From Chiloscyllium plagiosum (Eukaryota): 38,274 bases of DNA. The notes under the pieces were generated by a model. That model was not told where the DNA came from, did no database searches, and saw nothing but the letters and a program-made list of their open reading frames with translations. Within the stretch, counting starts at the first letter, position 1. The number at the start of each line of letters is the position of its first letter. Shown here one piece after another: positions 1 through 12,200 of the stretch. The stretch spans positions 991,389 to 1,029,662 of the forward strand of contig NC_057718.1 in assembly GCF_004010195.1 (NCBI RefSeq), read 5' to 3'. A program made the position numbers and the translations under genes.

Positions 1-28
1 GGGGGGGAGAGGGAGGGGGGGGGGAGGG

Positions 29-116
29 CTGATGAAGGGCTTTTGCCCAAAACGTCGATTTTGAAGCTCCTTGGATGCTGCCTGAACTGCTGTGCTCTTC
101 CAGCACCACTAATCCA
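29..116 (+). mobile_element. Penelope-like element terminal fragment with mutated hammerhead (G12 to A)
   Basis: CTGATGA-AGGGC-TTTT-GCCC-AAAA-CGTC followed by ggatgctgcctgaactgctgtgctcttccagca, homologous to the repeats at 3543, 4598 and 18200. Confidence 0.75.
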
Positions 117-945
117 GATATCAAACAATGATGATTCAGAATACAGAAAAGAGATAGAGGGCTTGATGCTATGGTGCAGTGATAACAACCTCACTCAACA
201 ATGGCAAAACAAAAAAACTGATAATTGATTTCAGAAATAAAGGAGGAGAACACATCTTTGTCTACATTAATGGAGCGGAAGTTGAGAGCGTCAAGTTTCT
301 AGGCGTGATGATAATCGACAAACTGTCCTGGACTTCCCATGTCGATGTGATGGTCAAGAAGGCACAAAAATGTCTCTTCCTGAGGTGGCTTAAGAAATCT
401 GCATGTCCTTGAGGACTCTCACCAACTTTTACAGATGCACCATAGAAAGCATAATATCTGGCTGCTTAACAGCCTGACATGGCAACCGCTCTGTCCAGGA
501 CCGTAAGAAACTACAAAAGGTAGTGTGCGCAGCCCAGGCCATCACAGAAGCCAACCTTCCATTCATGGACTCCGTTTACTTGGCTCACTACTGCGGAAAG
601 GCTGCCAAAGAGATGAAAGTGAGGACTGCAGATCATCAAAGACCCATCTCACCCCGGTAATGCCTCTTCCATCAGGCAATATATACAGAAGTCTGAACAC
701 ATGCACTTGCAGGTTCAAGAACAGCTTCTTCCCTGCCTTTGTTAGACTGATGAATGGATTTCCTAATTTAAAATAACGTTGATCTTGCTTTACGCACCTC
801 CTATGCAGTGTAACCTGTATGCCTACTCTGTCAAAGCAGCCTGTGATCTGTATGTCCTTGCTTACTATGATATGCTTGTACTGCTCACAAACAAAGCTAT
901 TTACCATACTCAGAAACGCATGACTACAACAAATCAATTCCAATC
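117..945 (+). mobile_element. Rex1/Babar-type LINE, decayed 3' fragment
   Basis: Frameshifted RT C-terminus ISNNDDSEYRKEIEGL..WCSDNNL, KTKKLIIDFR, VKFLGV..LSWTSH, LTNFYRCTIESI, LPSG..YRSL..RFKNSFFP. Confidence 0.8.
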
Positions 946-1309
946 ATACCCAACTAACAACAAAGTTGCTGACCCTCAGGTTCCATCTTTGCTGCTGGGC
1001 TAAAATCTCTGATGTCCCCTCTGCCAATGTGGCATGCGGCGATTCCTCTCTCTCTCTCTCTGCCTGTCTGTGTCTCTGTCTGTCTGTCTCTCTCTCTCCT
1101 CTGTGCTGGGCCTGCTTGATGTTTGCGGTATGCCTGCCCAAGGTCAGCACCCTGGGCCTGGCCCGAGAACGCTTAAGGGATAGGGGCTGCGCTCTGGCCA
1201 CCACCAGTGCTTGTCCCGGCTCAGACAAGGTAAGTAAAATTTTTTTAAAAAAAGAGAGGAATAAAAAAAAAGTAGTTGGAGTGGATGAGCTCTGGCTCAG
1301 GAGCCCTTG

Positions 1310-1635
1310 AACTGGAAGTTTATAAAATCATGAGTCTAGGTAATGTGAATGGCAGGTGTCTTTTCCCAAGCTTGAGGGATTTCAAGACGAGGGGGCATAT
1401 TTTTAAGATGAGAAGAAAATGATTTAAAAAAGATTTGAGGGGCAATTTTTTTTTACACAGCAATTAGTTCATGAATTGCCAGAGGAAGTGGTGGGTGCAA
1501 GTACAGTTATAATGTTTAAAAGGTATTTAGGTAAGTACATGAATAAGAAACGTTTGGAGTGATATGGACCAGGCACAGGCATGTAGGACTATTTTAGTTT
1601 GAGCTTATGCTTGGCATGGACTGTTTGGAAAAGGA
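1310..1635 (+). mobile_element. CR1 LINE 3' end fragment
   Basis: Similar to the other CR1 3' ends in the window (e.g. 15340-15712). Confidence 0.65.
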
Positions 1636-2377
1636 GTCTTTTTCCATGACTCTGAGATAGGTCTTAACCAGTAGGTGAGTGAAAGTATACTGGGAAAGGA
1701 CGAGGAAGTGGAAGTGAGGAATGTCAGTTCATGATCCTTTTGAATGCTGCAAGCTCGAGGGGTTGAATAGTATACTCCTGTTCCTATTTCTTATAGTCTA
1801 ATAATCTAAGAGTAGTTTGGTTATGCATGCTTTGGTAAGACTGCATCTGGAGTACTGTGTACAATACTGGTCATCATACCTATGGGAGAATGTTAATGAG
1901 TTGGAAGCAGTTCATACTCCTATTTTTAATTGTTTGTTTTACCAAATGTAATACCTTATATTTATCCAAATTAAACTCCATCTCCCACATCTCATACTAG
2001 ACTCATACTGGCAATGACTGGATCCCCTTATAAGGAATGGCTGGTCAGGCCAGGCCTGTATCGTCTGGAGTTTAGAAGAATCAGAGTGACTTCATTTAAG
2101 CATATAAGATCCTGATGGAACTTGACTATGTGATGTTGAAAGGATGCTTCCTCTTGTTGGAGAACCTAGAATTTGAGGCCATAGCTTAAAAATAAGGGAT
2201 GCTCATTTAAAACATGAGGAAACAATTATTCTCTGAGAGGGTTATAAATCCTCAGAACTCCATTCCTCAAAAGAAACTGGATGCAGATTCTTTTAAGTAT
2301 TTTTAAGGCAAGGTAAATCAATTGTAGATTACTAAAAGGGACGAAAGATTATTGGGGATATACAGGAATGTAGAGTT

Positions 2378-2673
2378 CAGATTGAATTAGATTCCCTACA
2401 GTATGGAAACAGGCCCTTTGGCCCAACCAGTCCACACCCACCTTCCGAAGAGTAACCCACCCAAACCCATTTCCCTCTGACTAATGCACCTAACACTATG
2501 GGCAATTTAGTATTGGCAATTCACCTGACCTGCACAACTTTGGACTGTGGGAGGAAACCCACACAGACACGGAGAATGTGCAAACTCCACACAGACGTTG
2601 CTCGAGCTGGAATTGAACCTGGGACCCTGGTACTGTGAGGCAGCAGTGCTAACCACTGAGCCACCATGCCGCC
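2378..2673 (-). mobile_element. tRNA-derived SINE (HE1/V-SINE type)
   Basis: Minus strand begins GGCGGCATGGTGGCTCAGTGGTTAGCAC (A box) then GGTTCAATTCC (B box). Central TGTGTGGAGTTTGCACATTCTCC domain, and a CR1-like tail GGGCCAAAGGGCCTGTTTCC. Confidence 0.85.
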
Positions 2674-3083
2674 ACAGTGAGGTTAAAATCAGATTAGCCA
2701 TGTTCTTACTGAATGGTGGAGCAGTCTTTAAGGGCTGAGTGACCCATTCTTGTTCCTTATTCATTTGTATGTTTGTATCCTAGCTCCTGTGCTCTAATCC
2801 TTTCACTGTGAATACTGACATTCCATTTAGTTTCTTCAATGCCTGCTTCACCTGCATGCTTGCTTTCATTGACTGGTGTATAAGGAAACCTGGATCTCAT
2901 TGCACCAGTCCTATTCAAGTCTATTTCTATTCAGATAATAATCTGTCGTCTTGTTTTTGCTATCAAAGTGAATAACCTCACATTTATTCACATTATACCA
3001 TATCCTCCATTTGTCGTGGACTCTGATAAAGATTGATCATGACCATGATGGAATTGATATTGTTGTGTCCTGTGACTACCTGC

Positions 3084-4172
3084 ATGCAGGCAAGGATGCC
3101 CTGAGGCATGGTAAATTGGTGAAACCGAGCAAAGGCTATGGCAACGGATGAATGGGCACTGCACAACAATCAACAAACAGTAGTGTTCCCTCCCAGTTGG
3201 AGAACACTTCAGCGGTCCAGGACATTCGAACTCGGAACTGCGGACCGTCCTCCAAGGCGGACTTCGGGACAGGCAGCAGTGAAAAGTGGCCGAGCAGAGA
3301 CTGATAGCTAAGTTGGGACCTTGGGTTCATGTCACACTACAGGTGACCACCATTGCACTATACACACACACACACACAAAGGCACCCTCTCACAGACTTA
3401 GACACTTTACACTCATACACACACATACACTCTCTCTCACAGACACTCTCAACCCCCCCCACACACACACACTCACACCCCTACATGTACACATACCCAT
3501 ATATCTTTGTGGGGTGAATTTGTACTTGCAGAGTTACATTGTTGAAAATGTGTTGCTGGAACAGCGCAGCAGGTCAGGCAGCATCCAGGGAACAGGAGAA
3601 TTGACGTTTCGGGCATAAGCCCTTCTTCAGGCTTATGCCCGAAACGTCGATTCTCCTGTTCCCTGCATGCTGCCTGACCTGCTGCGCTGTTCCAGCAACA
3701 CATTTTCAGCTCTGATCTCCAGCATCTGCAGACCTCACTTTCTCCTCAGAGTTACATTGTACTTTGCTCAAAAATTGCATGAATCCACGTAAGACTCTGT
3801 TAACTCACATTTTAGATTAGAATCAGTCTAAACATTATGACACAGGGGGCTAACACCTCAACATCTTATCTGTGCTGACACTAATTGTGACAGTTAACCT
3901 GAGAATGTAACTTTTTAAAACCATTTTGTGATTTACATATGAAAGAAGTGAAATTATCATGGTCATTCTAATAGATGAGAGACTTAACAAACAATCAAGG
4001 TCTTTTTCAATGTATAATTTCAGTTACATCACACTGTAAACTTTTGCTATGAATTCTGTGTCTTACAATTGTGCCCTCCACAACCACTTGATGAAGGAGC
4101 GGCACCCCAAAAGCCAGTGCTTCCAATTAAATCTGTTGGACTATAACCTGGTGTTGTGTGATTTGTAACTTT
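3084..4172 (+). mobile_element. Penelope-like element 3' fragment (family B) with GIY-YIG remnant, interrupted by 3543-3746
   Basis: CRQGCPEAW*IGETEQRLWQRMNGH..PVGEHF translation, (CA)n-rich 3' region, decayed hammerhead near 4088-4119, and terminal gttggactataacctggtgttgtgtgatttgtaacttt. Confidence 0.8.
3543..3746. mobile_element. Fold-back PLE-derived mini-element (family A) with hammerhead core and 14-bp TSD
   Basis: Inverted arms of about 80 bp plus a tail of about 38 bp. CAGAGTTACATTGT is duplicated at 3529-3542 and 3747-3760. Minus-strand CUGAAGA..GAAACGUC at 3603-3630. Confidence 0.85.
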
Positions 4173-4298
4173 GCATGGGAGAAATTTAACTAGATGGAAT
4201 TTGGTCATTTGTCATGCAGTAATTTAATGTTCCTGTGTAATATGTTGTGTGAAGCATTCCAAAATATAAAGCAATTAATCCATTTTTGCGTTTTGTAG

Positions 4299-4468
4299 GT
4301 GTGCTGGAACACTTGAAGACACTGGAAAAATGTGCCAAGAAGCTGGCGTCAGAACAATTAGAAGCACAGCACAAAGCGCAGGTTCTAGAGCAGGAAAAAA
4401 CATTGTTGGAAAGACTGAGATCAAAAAGGGATGCACTGAGGACCAGAGTGACTGCACAGTCTGCTGGA
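4299..4468 (+). CDS. CENPO: Centromere protein O, internal coding exon (phase 1 to 0)
   Basis: Acceptor ttttgtag|GT, donor GGA|gtaagt. Encodes GVLEHLKTLEK...LERLRSKRDALR, resembling the vertebrate CENP-O N-terminal GVLAHLERLE...LRRLRDELR coiled coil (recalled human sequence). Confidence 0.92.
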
Positions 4469-4597
4469 GTAAGTGAAGGTGCTTAGCAGCTTTAGCTACA
4501 ATATGATACTCTTGAGTCCAAGTTGGAGCCCTGTTTTCCAATCCACATGGCTCAAATTGTGAGCTTTTCACAATTGTGGACTCCCTTTCCAGCTTAA

Positions 4598-4797
4598 AAT
4601 GTGTTGCTGGAAAAGCGCAGCAGGTCAGGCAGCATTCAAGGAACAGGAGAATCGACGTTTCGGGCATAAGCCCTTCTTCAGGCTTATGCCAGAAACGTCG
4701 ATTCTCCTGTTCCTTAGATGCTGCCTGACCTGCTGCGCTTTTCCAGCAACACATTTTCAGCTCAGATCTCCAGCATCTGCAGTCCTCACTTTCTTCT
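4598..4797. mobile_element. Fold-back PLE-derived mini-element (family A) with hammerhead core and 13-bp TSD
   Basis: Same structure and junction as 3543-3746. CTTTCCAGCTTAA at 4585-4597 and 4798-4810. Minus-strand core at 4654-4681. Confidence 0.85.
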
Positions 4798-5139
4798 CTT
4801 TCCAGCTTAACCTCCTTGTTTTTATTTTCTATGCCTCAGGTAATAAAAACAATTATCCACTCTGCCTCAGGTAATTAAAGCAAGTATTCACATGGCTTTT
4901 TAACCACCATATTCACACTTGCCCTGCTACCTTCAGCGATCTGTTGGTATGCAGACCAAGGTTCCTGTGCTCTTCAATGCTTTCTAAGATTCCACCATTC
5001 ACAGTGTAATCCTTTCCCTTGTTAGTCCTCCCCAAGCGCATTACTTTCACATTTTTGCAGGTTGAATTCTATTTGCCGTGCTCTTCCTAGTCAACAGGTC
5101 TGTTGGTATCTTCAACAGTTTATAGCTATCCTCGTCACT

Positions 5140-5460
5140 ATGGAAAACATTTTATTAACCGGCACCTATAGGACGAGGAGTGTGCTAGTCGATCAAATAT
5201 TCCCATTGATCAAGAGGTCTACATAATTAATGTGAAAACACGCACTAAGGAATAGAAATGTCATGCAAGGGGTTTTTATATGTTATTTACAGTGTAAATC
5301 AGTGAAATAATAATGCACTTTTCCTTAAATAAAACTTACCAACAGAGAGCTGCCTTACTTGTGCTCTCAACTGACTATTACGGAGATCGTGACAGTACAG
5401 TAAACTTGTGGTATTTAAGGTATATAATTTTTGCTGATTAATCAAGAGTGCCCGTTAAAA
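5140..5460. mobile_element. Possible decayed Tigger/Tc1-mariner-like MITE, split by a PLE
   Basis: Left end ...ttattaaccggcac and right end gtgcccgttaaa form a degenerate inverted pair; the right end appears to resume at about 6097-6120. Confidence 0.3.
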
Positions 5461-5462
5461 TC

Positions 5463-6093
5463 AAAGTTAAAAATCACACAACACCAGGTTATAGTCCAAC
5501 AGGTTTAATTGGAAGCACACTAGCTTTCGGAGCGACACTCCTTCATCAGGTGATAGTGGAGGGCTCGATCGTAACACAGAATTTATAGCAAAAATTTAGA
5601 GTGTGATGTAACTGAAATTATACATTGAAGAATTGATTGTCTGTTAAGCCTTTCATCTGTTAGAATACAGTGATAGTTTCACTTCTTTCATGTGTAAATC
5701 ACAAAACCCTTTTTTTAAAANNNNNNNNNNNNNNNNNNNNNNNNNNNNNNNNNNNNNNNNNNNNNNNNNNNNNNNNNNNNNNNNNNNNNNNNNNNNNNNN
5801 NNNNNNNNNNNNNNNNNNNNNNNNNNNNNNNNNNNNNNGTGTGGTGAGTGCAGAGTGTCTTAAGTCTGTGAGGGGGTGCATGTGTGGGAGTGTGTGTGTC
5901 TATAAGGGTGTGTGTGGGTGTCTGTGTGCGCGTCTGTGTGTACCTGTGTCCGTGTGTATGTGAGAATGTGTGTTTGTAGGAATATCTGTGTGTAGTGCAA
6001 TGGTGATCACCTGTAATGTGACATAAACCCAAGGTCCCGGTTGAGGACCTCCCTATGGGTACACCCCACTCCAACACCGGCATCTCCGAATCA
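5463..6093 (-). mobile_element. Penelope-like element (family B), inverted terminal segment plus plus-strand tail; contains N gap
   Basis: Reverse complement of the 3330-4172 repeat, with a hammerhead at 5518-5552 (-). Imperfect flanking duplication tgcccgttaaa / tgtccgttaaa. Confidence 0.8.
5518..5552 (-). ncRNA. Minimal type I hammerhead ribozyme motif (family B)
   Basis: CAC-CUGAUGA-A-GGAG-UGUCG-CUCC-GAAA-GC-UA-GUG: intact core, palindromic AGCU stem III, 3-bp stem I. Confidence 0.7.
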
Positions 6094-6489
6094 TGTCCGT
6101 TAAACCAGGTTTGTTGCATTTACCATCAGTGAATTTCTCCATCATAACCTCAGCATGTCAATCCAAATTGTTAATATACACCTCAAACAGCAATGGATTT
6201 TCAGTCACAGAAATATCTTTTTGCCATCACTCTCTTTTCTGTCTCTCAGCCAATTTAGGATCTTATGTACAAATTTGTCTTGGATTCATGGATTGTTTAT
6301 TTCTTAATCAGTTTGCCATGAGAAACCTTATCAAAAAACTTGCTAAATTCCATGTAGACCACATCAAATGCATTATTCTCATTAACATTGCTGGTTACTA
6401 GTTGAATGTGCAGCTGAATAACTCACTCAGGAGAGCTTCAGATAAATGGATCATTAAGACCTCCTCCAGGGCAGGTGGGATCTCAAAGA

Positions 6490-8990
6490 ATCATAGAGAT
6501 GTACAACATGGAAACAGACCCTTCGGTCCAACCCATCCAGGCCGACCAGATATCCCAACCCAATCTAGTCCCACCTGCCAGCACCCAGCCCATATTCTTC
6601 CAAGCCCTTCCTATTCATATATCCATCCAAATGCCTCTTAAATGTTGCAATTGTACTAGCCTCCACCACTTCCTCTGGCAGCTCATTCTATACACGTGTC
6701 ACTCTCTGTGTGAAAAAGTTGCCCTTCCACCACCATCCTCTATCTTCTACCTTTGAGCCAGTTCTGTATTCAAATGGCTGTTTCCCCCTGTATTCCATGA
6801 GATCTAATCTTGCTGATCAGTCTCCCATGGGGAACCTTGTCGAACGCCTTACTGAAGTCCATATAGATCACTTCTACCGCTCTGCCCTCATCAATCCTCT
6901 TTGTTACTTCCTCAAAATACTCAATCAAGTTTGTGAGACATGATTTCCCATGCACAAAGCCATGTTGACTATCCCTAATCAGTCCTTAGCTTTCCAAATA
7001 CATGTACATCCTGTCCCTCAGGATTCCCTTCAACAACTTGCCCACCATCGACATCAGGCTCACTGGTCTATAGTTCCCTGGCTTGTCCTTCTTAAACAGT
7101 GGCACCATGTTAGCCAACCTCCAGTCTTCCGGCACCTTGCCTATGACTATCGATGATACAAATATCTCAGGACGACACTCGGCAATCACTTCTCTAGCTT
7201 CCCACAGAGTTCTCGGGTACACCTGATCAGATCCTGGGGATTAATCCACGTTTACCCATTTCAAGACATCCAGCACTTCCTCCTCTGTAATGTGGACATT
7301 TTGCAAGATGTCACCATCTATTTCCCTACAGTCCATATCTTCCATATCCTTTTCCACAGAAAGTACTGATGCAAAATACTCATTTAGTATCTCCCCCATT
7401 TTGTGCAGAACCACACAAAGACCTTGCTAATCTTTGAGCGTCCCTCTTCTCTCCCTAGTTACCACTTTGTCCTTAGTATATTTGTAAATCCACTCTTTGG
7501 ATTCTCCTTAATTTTGTTTGCCAAAGCTATCTCATGTCCCCTTTTTGTCCTCCTGATTTCCCTCTTAAGTATACTCCTACTTCCTTTATATTCTTCGAAG
7601 GATTCACTCAATCTATCCTGTCTATACCTTACATATGCTTCTTTCTTTTTCTTAACCAAACCCTCAATTTCTTTAGTTATCCAGCATTCCCTATACCTAT
7701 CAGCCTTTCCTTTCACCCTAACAGGAATATACTTTCTCTGGATTCTCATTATCTCATTTCTGAAGGCTTCCCATTTTCCAGCGTCCCTTTACCTGCGAAC
7801 ATCTGCCCCCAATCAACTTTTGAAAGTTTATGCCTAATACTGTCAAAATTGGCCTTTCTCCTGTTTAGAACTTCAGCTTTTAGATCTGGTCTATCCTTTT
7901 CCATTATGGTCGCTGGCCCCAAAGTGCTCCCCCACTGACACCTCTGTCACCTGCCCTGCCTTAGTTCCCAAGAGTGGGTCAAGTTTGCACCTTCTCTAGT
8001 CGGTACATTCACATACTGAATCAGAAAATTGTCTTGTATGCACTTAACAAATTCCTCTCCATCTAAACCTTTAACAATATGGCGGTCCCAGTCGATGTTT
8101 GGAAAGTTAAATCCCCTACCATAACTACCCTATTATTCTTACAGATAGCTGCGATCTCCTTACAAGTTTGTTTCTCAATTTCCCTCTGATTATTAGGGGG
8201 GTCTATAATACAATCCCAATAAGGTTATCATCCCTTTTTTTATTTCTCAGTTCCACCCAAATAACTTTCCTGGATGTATTTCCGGGAATATCCTCCCTCA
8301 GCACAGCTGTAATGCTATCCCTTATCAAAAACGCCACTCCCCCTTCTCTCTTGCCTCCCTTTCTATCCTTCCTGTAGCATTTGTATCCTGGAACATTAAG
8401 CTGCCAGTCCTGCCCATCCCTGAGCCATGTTTCTGTAATTGCTATGTTATCCCAGTCCCATGTTCCTAACCATGCCCTGAGTTCATCTGCCTTCCCTGTT
8501 AGGCCCCTTGCATTGAAATAAATGCAGTTTAATTTATTATTCCTACCTTGTCCCTGCCTGCCCTGACTGTTTGACTCACTTATGTTCTCAACTGTACCAG
8601 TCTCAGATTGATCTCTTTCCTCACTATCTCCCTGGGTCCCAACCCCCCCATCTTACTAGTTTAAATCCTCCTGAACAGCTCTAGAAAATCTCCCTGCCAG
8701 TATATTAGTCCCCTTCCAATTTAGGTGCAATCCATCCTTCTTTTACAAGTCACTTCTACCCCAAAAGAGATTTCAATGATTCAAAAATGTGAATCCTTCT
8801 CCCATACACCAGTTCAGCCATGCATTCATCTGCTCTATCCTCCTATTTCTGCCCTCACTAGCTTGTAGCACCAGGAGTAATCCAGATATTACTACTCTCG
8901 CGAACCTCCTTTTTAAATTTCTGCCTGACTCTCTATAATCTCCTTTCAGAATCTCAACCTTTTCCCTTCCTATGTCGTTGGTTCCAATCT
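6490..8990 (-). mobile_element. CR1 LINE, internally deleted (ORF1 esterase end, APE, RT fragment, 3' end)
   Basis: Minus-strand GKSCLTNLIEYFE..YMDFSKAFDKVPHGRL, PGNYRPVSL, KENPK and an AITETW-type APE motif; 3' tail at 6490-6725. Confidence 0.85.
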
Positions 8991-9835
8991 GTACAAGATC
9001 TGTACAAGAAGGATTGGTTATACTGAAACTGGAGGGGCACCAATCTACTTGCTAGTGCCACTCGGGTGGAATTAAACTAGTGTGGCGGCAGGGTGGGGAA
9101 ACAGTACTAAGTCAGCATGTGGAGTGATTGAGGACATGGTCGATGTTAAGTCAAGTGAGTCTAATTAGATGAATAGGCAGGACCAGGTTAATGAACATAG
9201 TGGGACTATCATCTGAAGTGCATTTAGTTGTCGATCTCAATGCATTTCAAAACACCCAACACTTCCTCCATCATTATGTTGACCTGCCTGAGAGTATTCA
9301 CACACCTTTCCCTAACCTCAACATCCCTCATATCCCTCTCTTTGGTGAATACTGATATGAAGTACTCATTAAGGATCCACACATAACTGTTCTCCTTTAT
9401 CCTTGAGTGTGCCTACTCTTTCCCCAGCCACTCTCTTGCTCCCAACATATGTATAAAATGCCTTGGGATTCTCCTTAACCCTGCTGGCCGAGAACATTGA
9501 GGAACAGTATGTTTTTCCTTCTTGTTAGTTAACTCAGTACCTGTCGCAGACCTCGTCTAGCAGCAATGTCCTTTAGGACCCAAAAATAAAATCACCCAAC
9601 CAGAGTACATCCTTGTTCCTTTGCTACTTAGTCATCCTCCCAACAGTGTTTAACGTGGAGCAGCACTGATTCATCAGCCAAAACCAAAGGGGTGGGGGTG
9701 TTCAATAAGTTATGATCAGCAAGAGATTCCTTGCCCTCGTTGACATGATGCTACTGGACTTCACTGGATCTAGAATTAATGTTGGGGATTTCGAGGGCTC
9801 CCTTCCAATTGAAAATCAAAGTACCAATGCCTCTC

Positions 9836-10005
9836 AAACAAAAACAGAAATTGCTGGAAAAGTTCGGCTAGTCTAGTAGCATCTGTGAAGAGAAATCAGA
9901 GTTAACAATTCAGGTCTAGTGACTCTTGCTCAGACTTGCTGAGCTTTTCTAACAATTTTTATTTTGTTTCTGATTTACAGCATCTGTGGTTCTTTCTGTT
10001 TTTGT
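9836..10005. mobile_element. Old fold-back PLE terminal repeat (family D), degenerate
   Basis: aaacaaaaacagaaattgctggaaaag... is inverted against ...cttttctaacaatttttattttgttt; homologous to 13893-14034. Confidence 0.55.
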
Positions 10006-10374
10006 TTAGTGCCAGTACCTGTGCTTTGCCGAAACTGGTTGTGGGACAGTACAAATCCAGTAATGGTGCTGTCTGGGAAGTTGTGTGTAAGATATGATTA
10101 CATAAATATGACAGTGTCAAGTTGTTACTTGACTAGTCTATGAAACTGCTCTCCAAATTTTGGCAGTAAGAAAGGATGATTTTACAAAGTCAACATTGCT
10201 GAGTTTGCTGTTGTCATTTCTGGTGTCTAGGTGTCATTCGTTTGAGATCTTTTAGCTATTTGATACAATTGAATGGCTCTCTTGGCCATTTCAAAGGGCA
10301 GTTAAGAGTCAACCACATTGCTGTAGGTCAGACTAACTCAGGATAGCAGTTTCTTTCTCTATCTTGATCAACTG

Positions 10375-11150
10375 GACCAATGGGCTGAGGGATGACAGTT
10401 AGCATTTAATTTAGATAAATGCAAAGTGTTACATTTTGATAAGGAAAACCAGGACAGAATTTAAATAGTCAATGGTAGAACCTTGGGGAGAACAGAGATC
10501 TAGGGGTACAGGTTCATAGATCCTTGAAAATGGAGTCACAGGTAGTCAGGGTGGTGAAGAAGGCTATGAGCTGTCATCGATCAGAGGATTGAGTATTGGA
10601 GTTGGGACAACTTGTTGCAGCTGCACAATTCGTTGGTAAGGCCACATTTGGAGCACTGTGTGCAGTTTGTGTCACCCTACTGTAGAAAAGATACTATTAA
10701 ACTAGAAAGAGTGCAGAAAAGATTTACCAGGATGCTAAGAGGACTAGAAGGTTGAGTTATAAGGGGAGGTTGGATAGGCTGGGACTTTTCCTGGAGTGTT
10801 GGAGACTGAGGGGGTGGCCTTGTAGAGGTATATCAAATCATGGGAGGTATAAATAAGGAAGGTAGCTGTCAGCTTTTCCCAGTAGGGGAGTCTAAAGCTA
10901 GAGGTCATAGGTTTAAGGTAAGAGGGGAGAGGTACAAAAGGGTCTAGAGAGGCAATTGTTTTCACACACAGGATGGGGGCTGCCAGAGGTAGTGGTGGAA
11001 TTAAATACAATTTTGACATTTGTACATGGATGGGATAGCTATGGAGGGATATGGATCAAACACAGGCAAATGGTAGGGGTTTAAATTATGAAAGCTGGGT
11101 GGCATTGGCTAGTTGGGCCGAAGGGCCTGTTTCCATGCAGTAAACCTCTC
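10375..11150 (+). mobile_element. CR1 LINE 3' fragment
   Basis: Decayed KCKVLHF / RPHLEHCVQF motifs and tail gttgggccgaagggcctgtttcc. Confidence 0.75.
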
Positions 11151-11434
11151 TTACTGTAAGGATATGACTGGCTCAGATAGGATTTTGAGAATCAATAATA
11201 ATTTCATTTCATGGTCACCATTACTGAAACTGGCTTTTAATTCCAGATTCTTATTGAAATTCTGCTAGTTGCTGTGTTGGGATATGATCCTGTTTCCCCA
11301 TAGCAGCACTGGGGGCTAGGAAGACCCTGCTGTTGTGTAAGATATCGGGTCAAGTGCAATATTGAGTATGATCAGCTTGTAAGAGCTCTCTTTGTCTGAT
11401 ATTCCCACACTGACACTAGCTCTTTTATATGCAG

Positions 11435-11567
11435 TCCTTGTTAGATATTCTGGCAGAGACACGAACAGTCTCAGTCCCACTGTTGGACAAAGTGGATGTT
11501 AGTGCCATGTTACTGAAAGGGAGAGTCAAGACTCTGCAGGACATTCTGGATGCATATAACCTTGCAG
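11435..11567 (+). CDS. CENPO: Centromere protein O, coding exon (phase 0 to 1)
   Basis: Acceptor tcttttatatgcag|TCC, donor GCAG|gtgagt. Ends RVKTLQDILDAYNLAG, like CENP-O KLENVKAILQAYHFTG. Phase joins both neighbouring exons. Confidence 0.9.
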
Positions 11568-11807
11568 GTGAGTTCCTGTTCATCCTTGAACATCACTCAA
11601 CTTACATAAATTTATTGTGGGATAGTGAGTACCAACTGCACACAAAATTGTTGACCACAATAATAATACTGATAATACGAAAACATGGATGAAAATAAAT
11701 AAGAGCAGCAGTGGACCATTCAGCCACTTGAATACAATTATGGCTGATTGTCAACCTTAATTCTATTTTTCAAACCCTTTATACTGCAAAACTCTTTCTT
11801 AACAATA

Positions 11808-12200
11808 TTCATAGAGTCATAGGGATGTACAGCATGGAAACAGACCTTTTGGTTCAACTCATTCATGCCGATCAGATATCCTAAATTAATCTAGTCCCAC
11901 TTGCCAGCACTTGGACTATATCCTTTAAGCCTTTCCTATTCATATACCCATCCAGATATCTTTTAGATGTTGTAATTGTACCAGCCTGTGTCATTTCCTC
12001 TGGCAGCTCATTCCATATACACACCACCCTGTGCATGATAAAATTGGCCCTTAGGACCTTTTTAAATTTTTCTCCTCTCTCCTTAAACCTATAACCTTGA
12101 GTTTTGGACCGCCCTACCCTGGGGAAAAGATCTTGACTATTCACCCAATCCATGCCCCTCATGATTGTAGAAACTTCTATAAGGTCACCCCTCAGCCCCA
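11808..12200 (-). mobile_element. CR1 LINE 3' fragment
   Basis: LRGDLIEV..VVCIWNELPEE..KRYLDGYM on the minus strand, plus a (ctatga)-type tail. Confidence 0.8.

Noticed and set aside
2600..2673. tRNA gene
   Set aside because: The A/B boxes belong to a SINE head continuous with a SINE body and LINE-derived tail.
3473..4874. Recurrent MCCWKSAAGQAA / MPETSILLF peptides as a small protein family
   Set aside because: They are translations of the fold-back PLE arms on both strands, with non-ATG starts.
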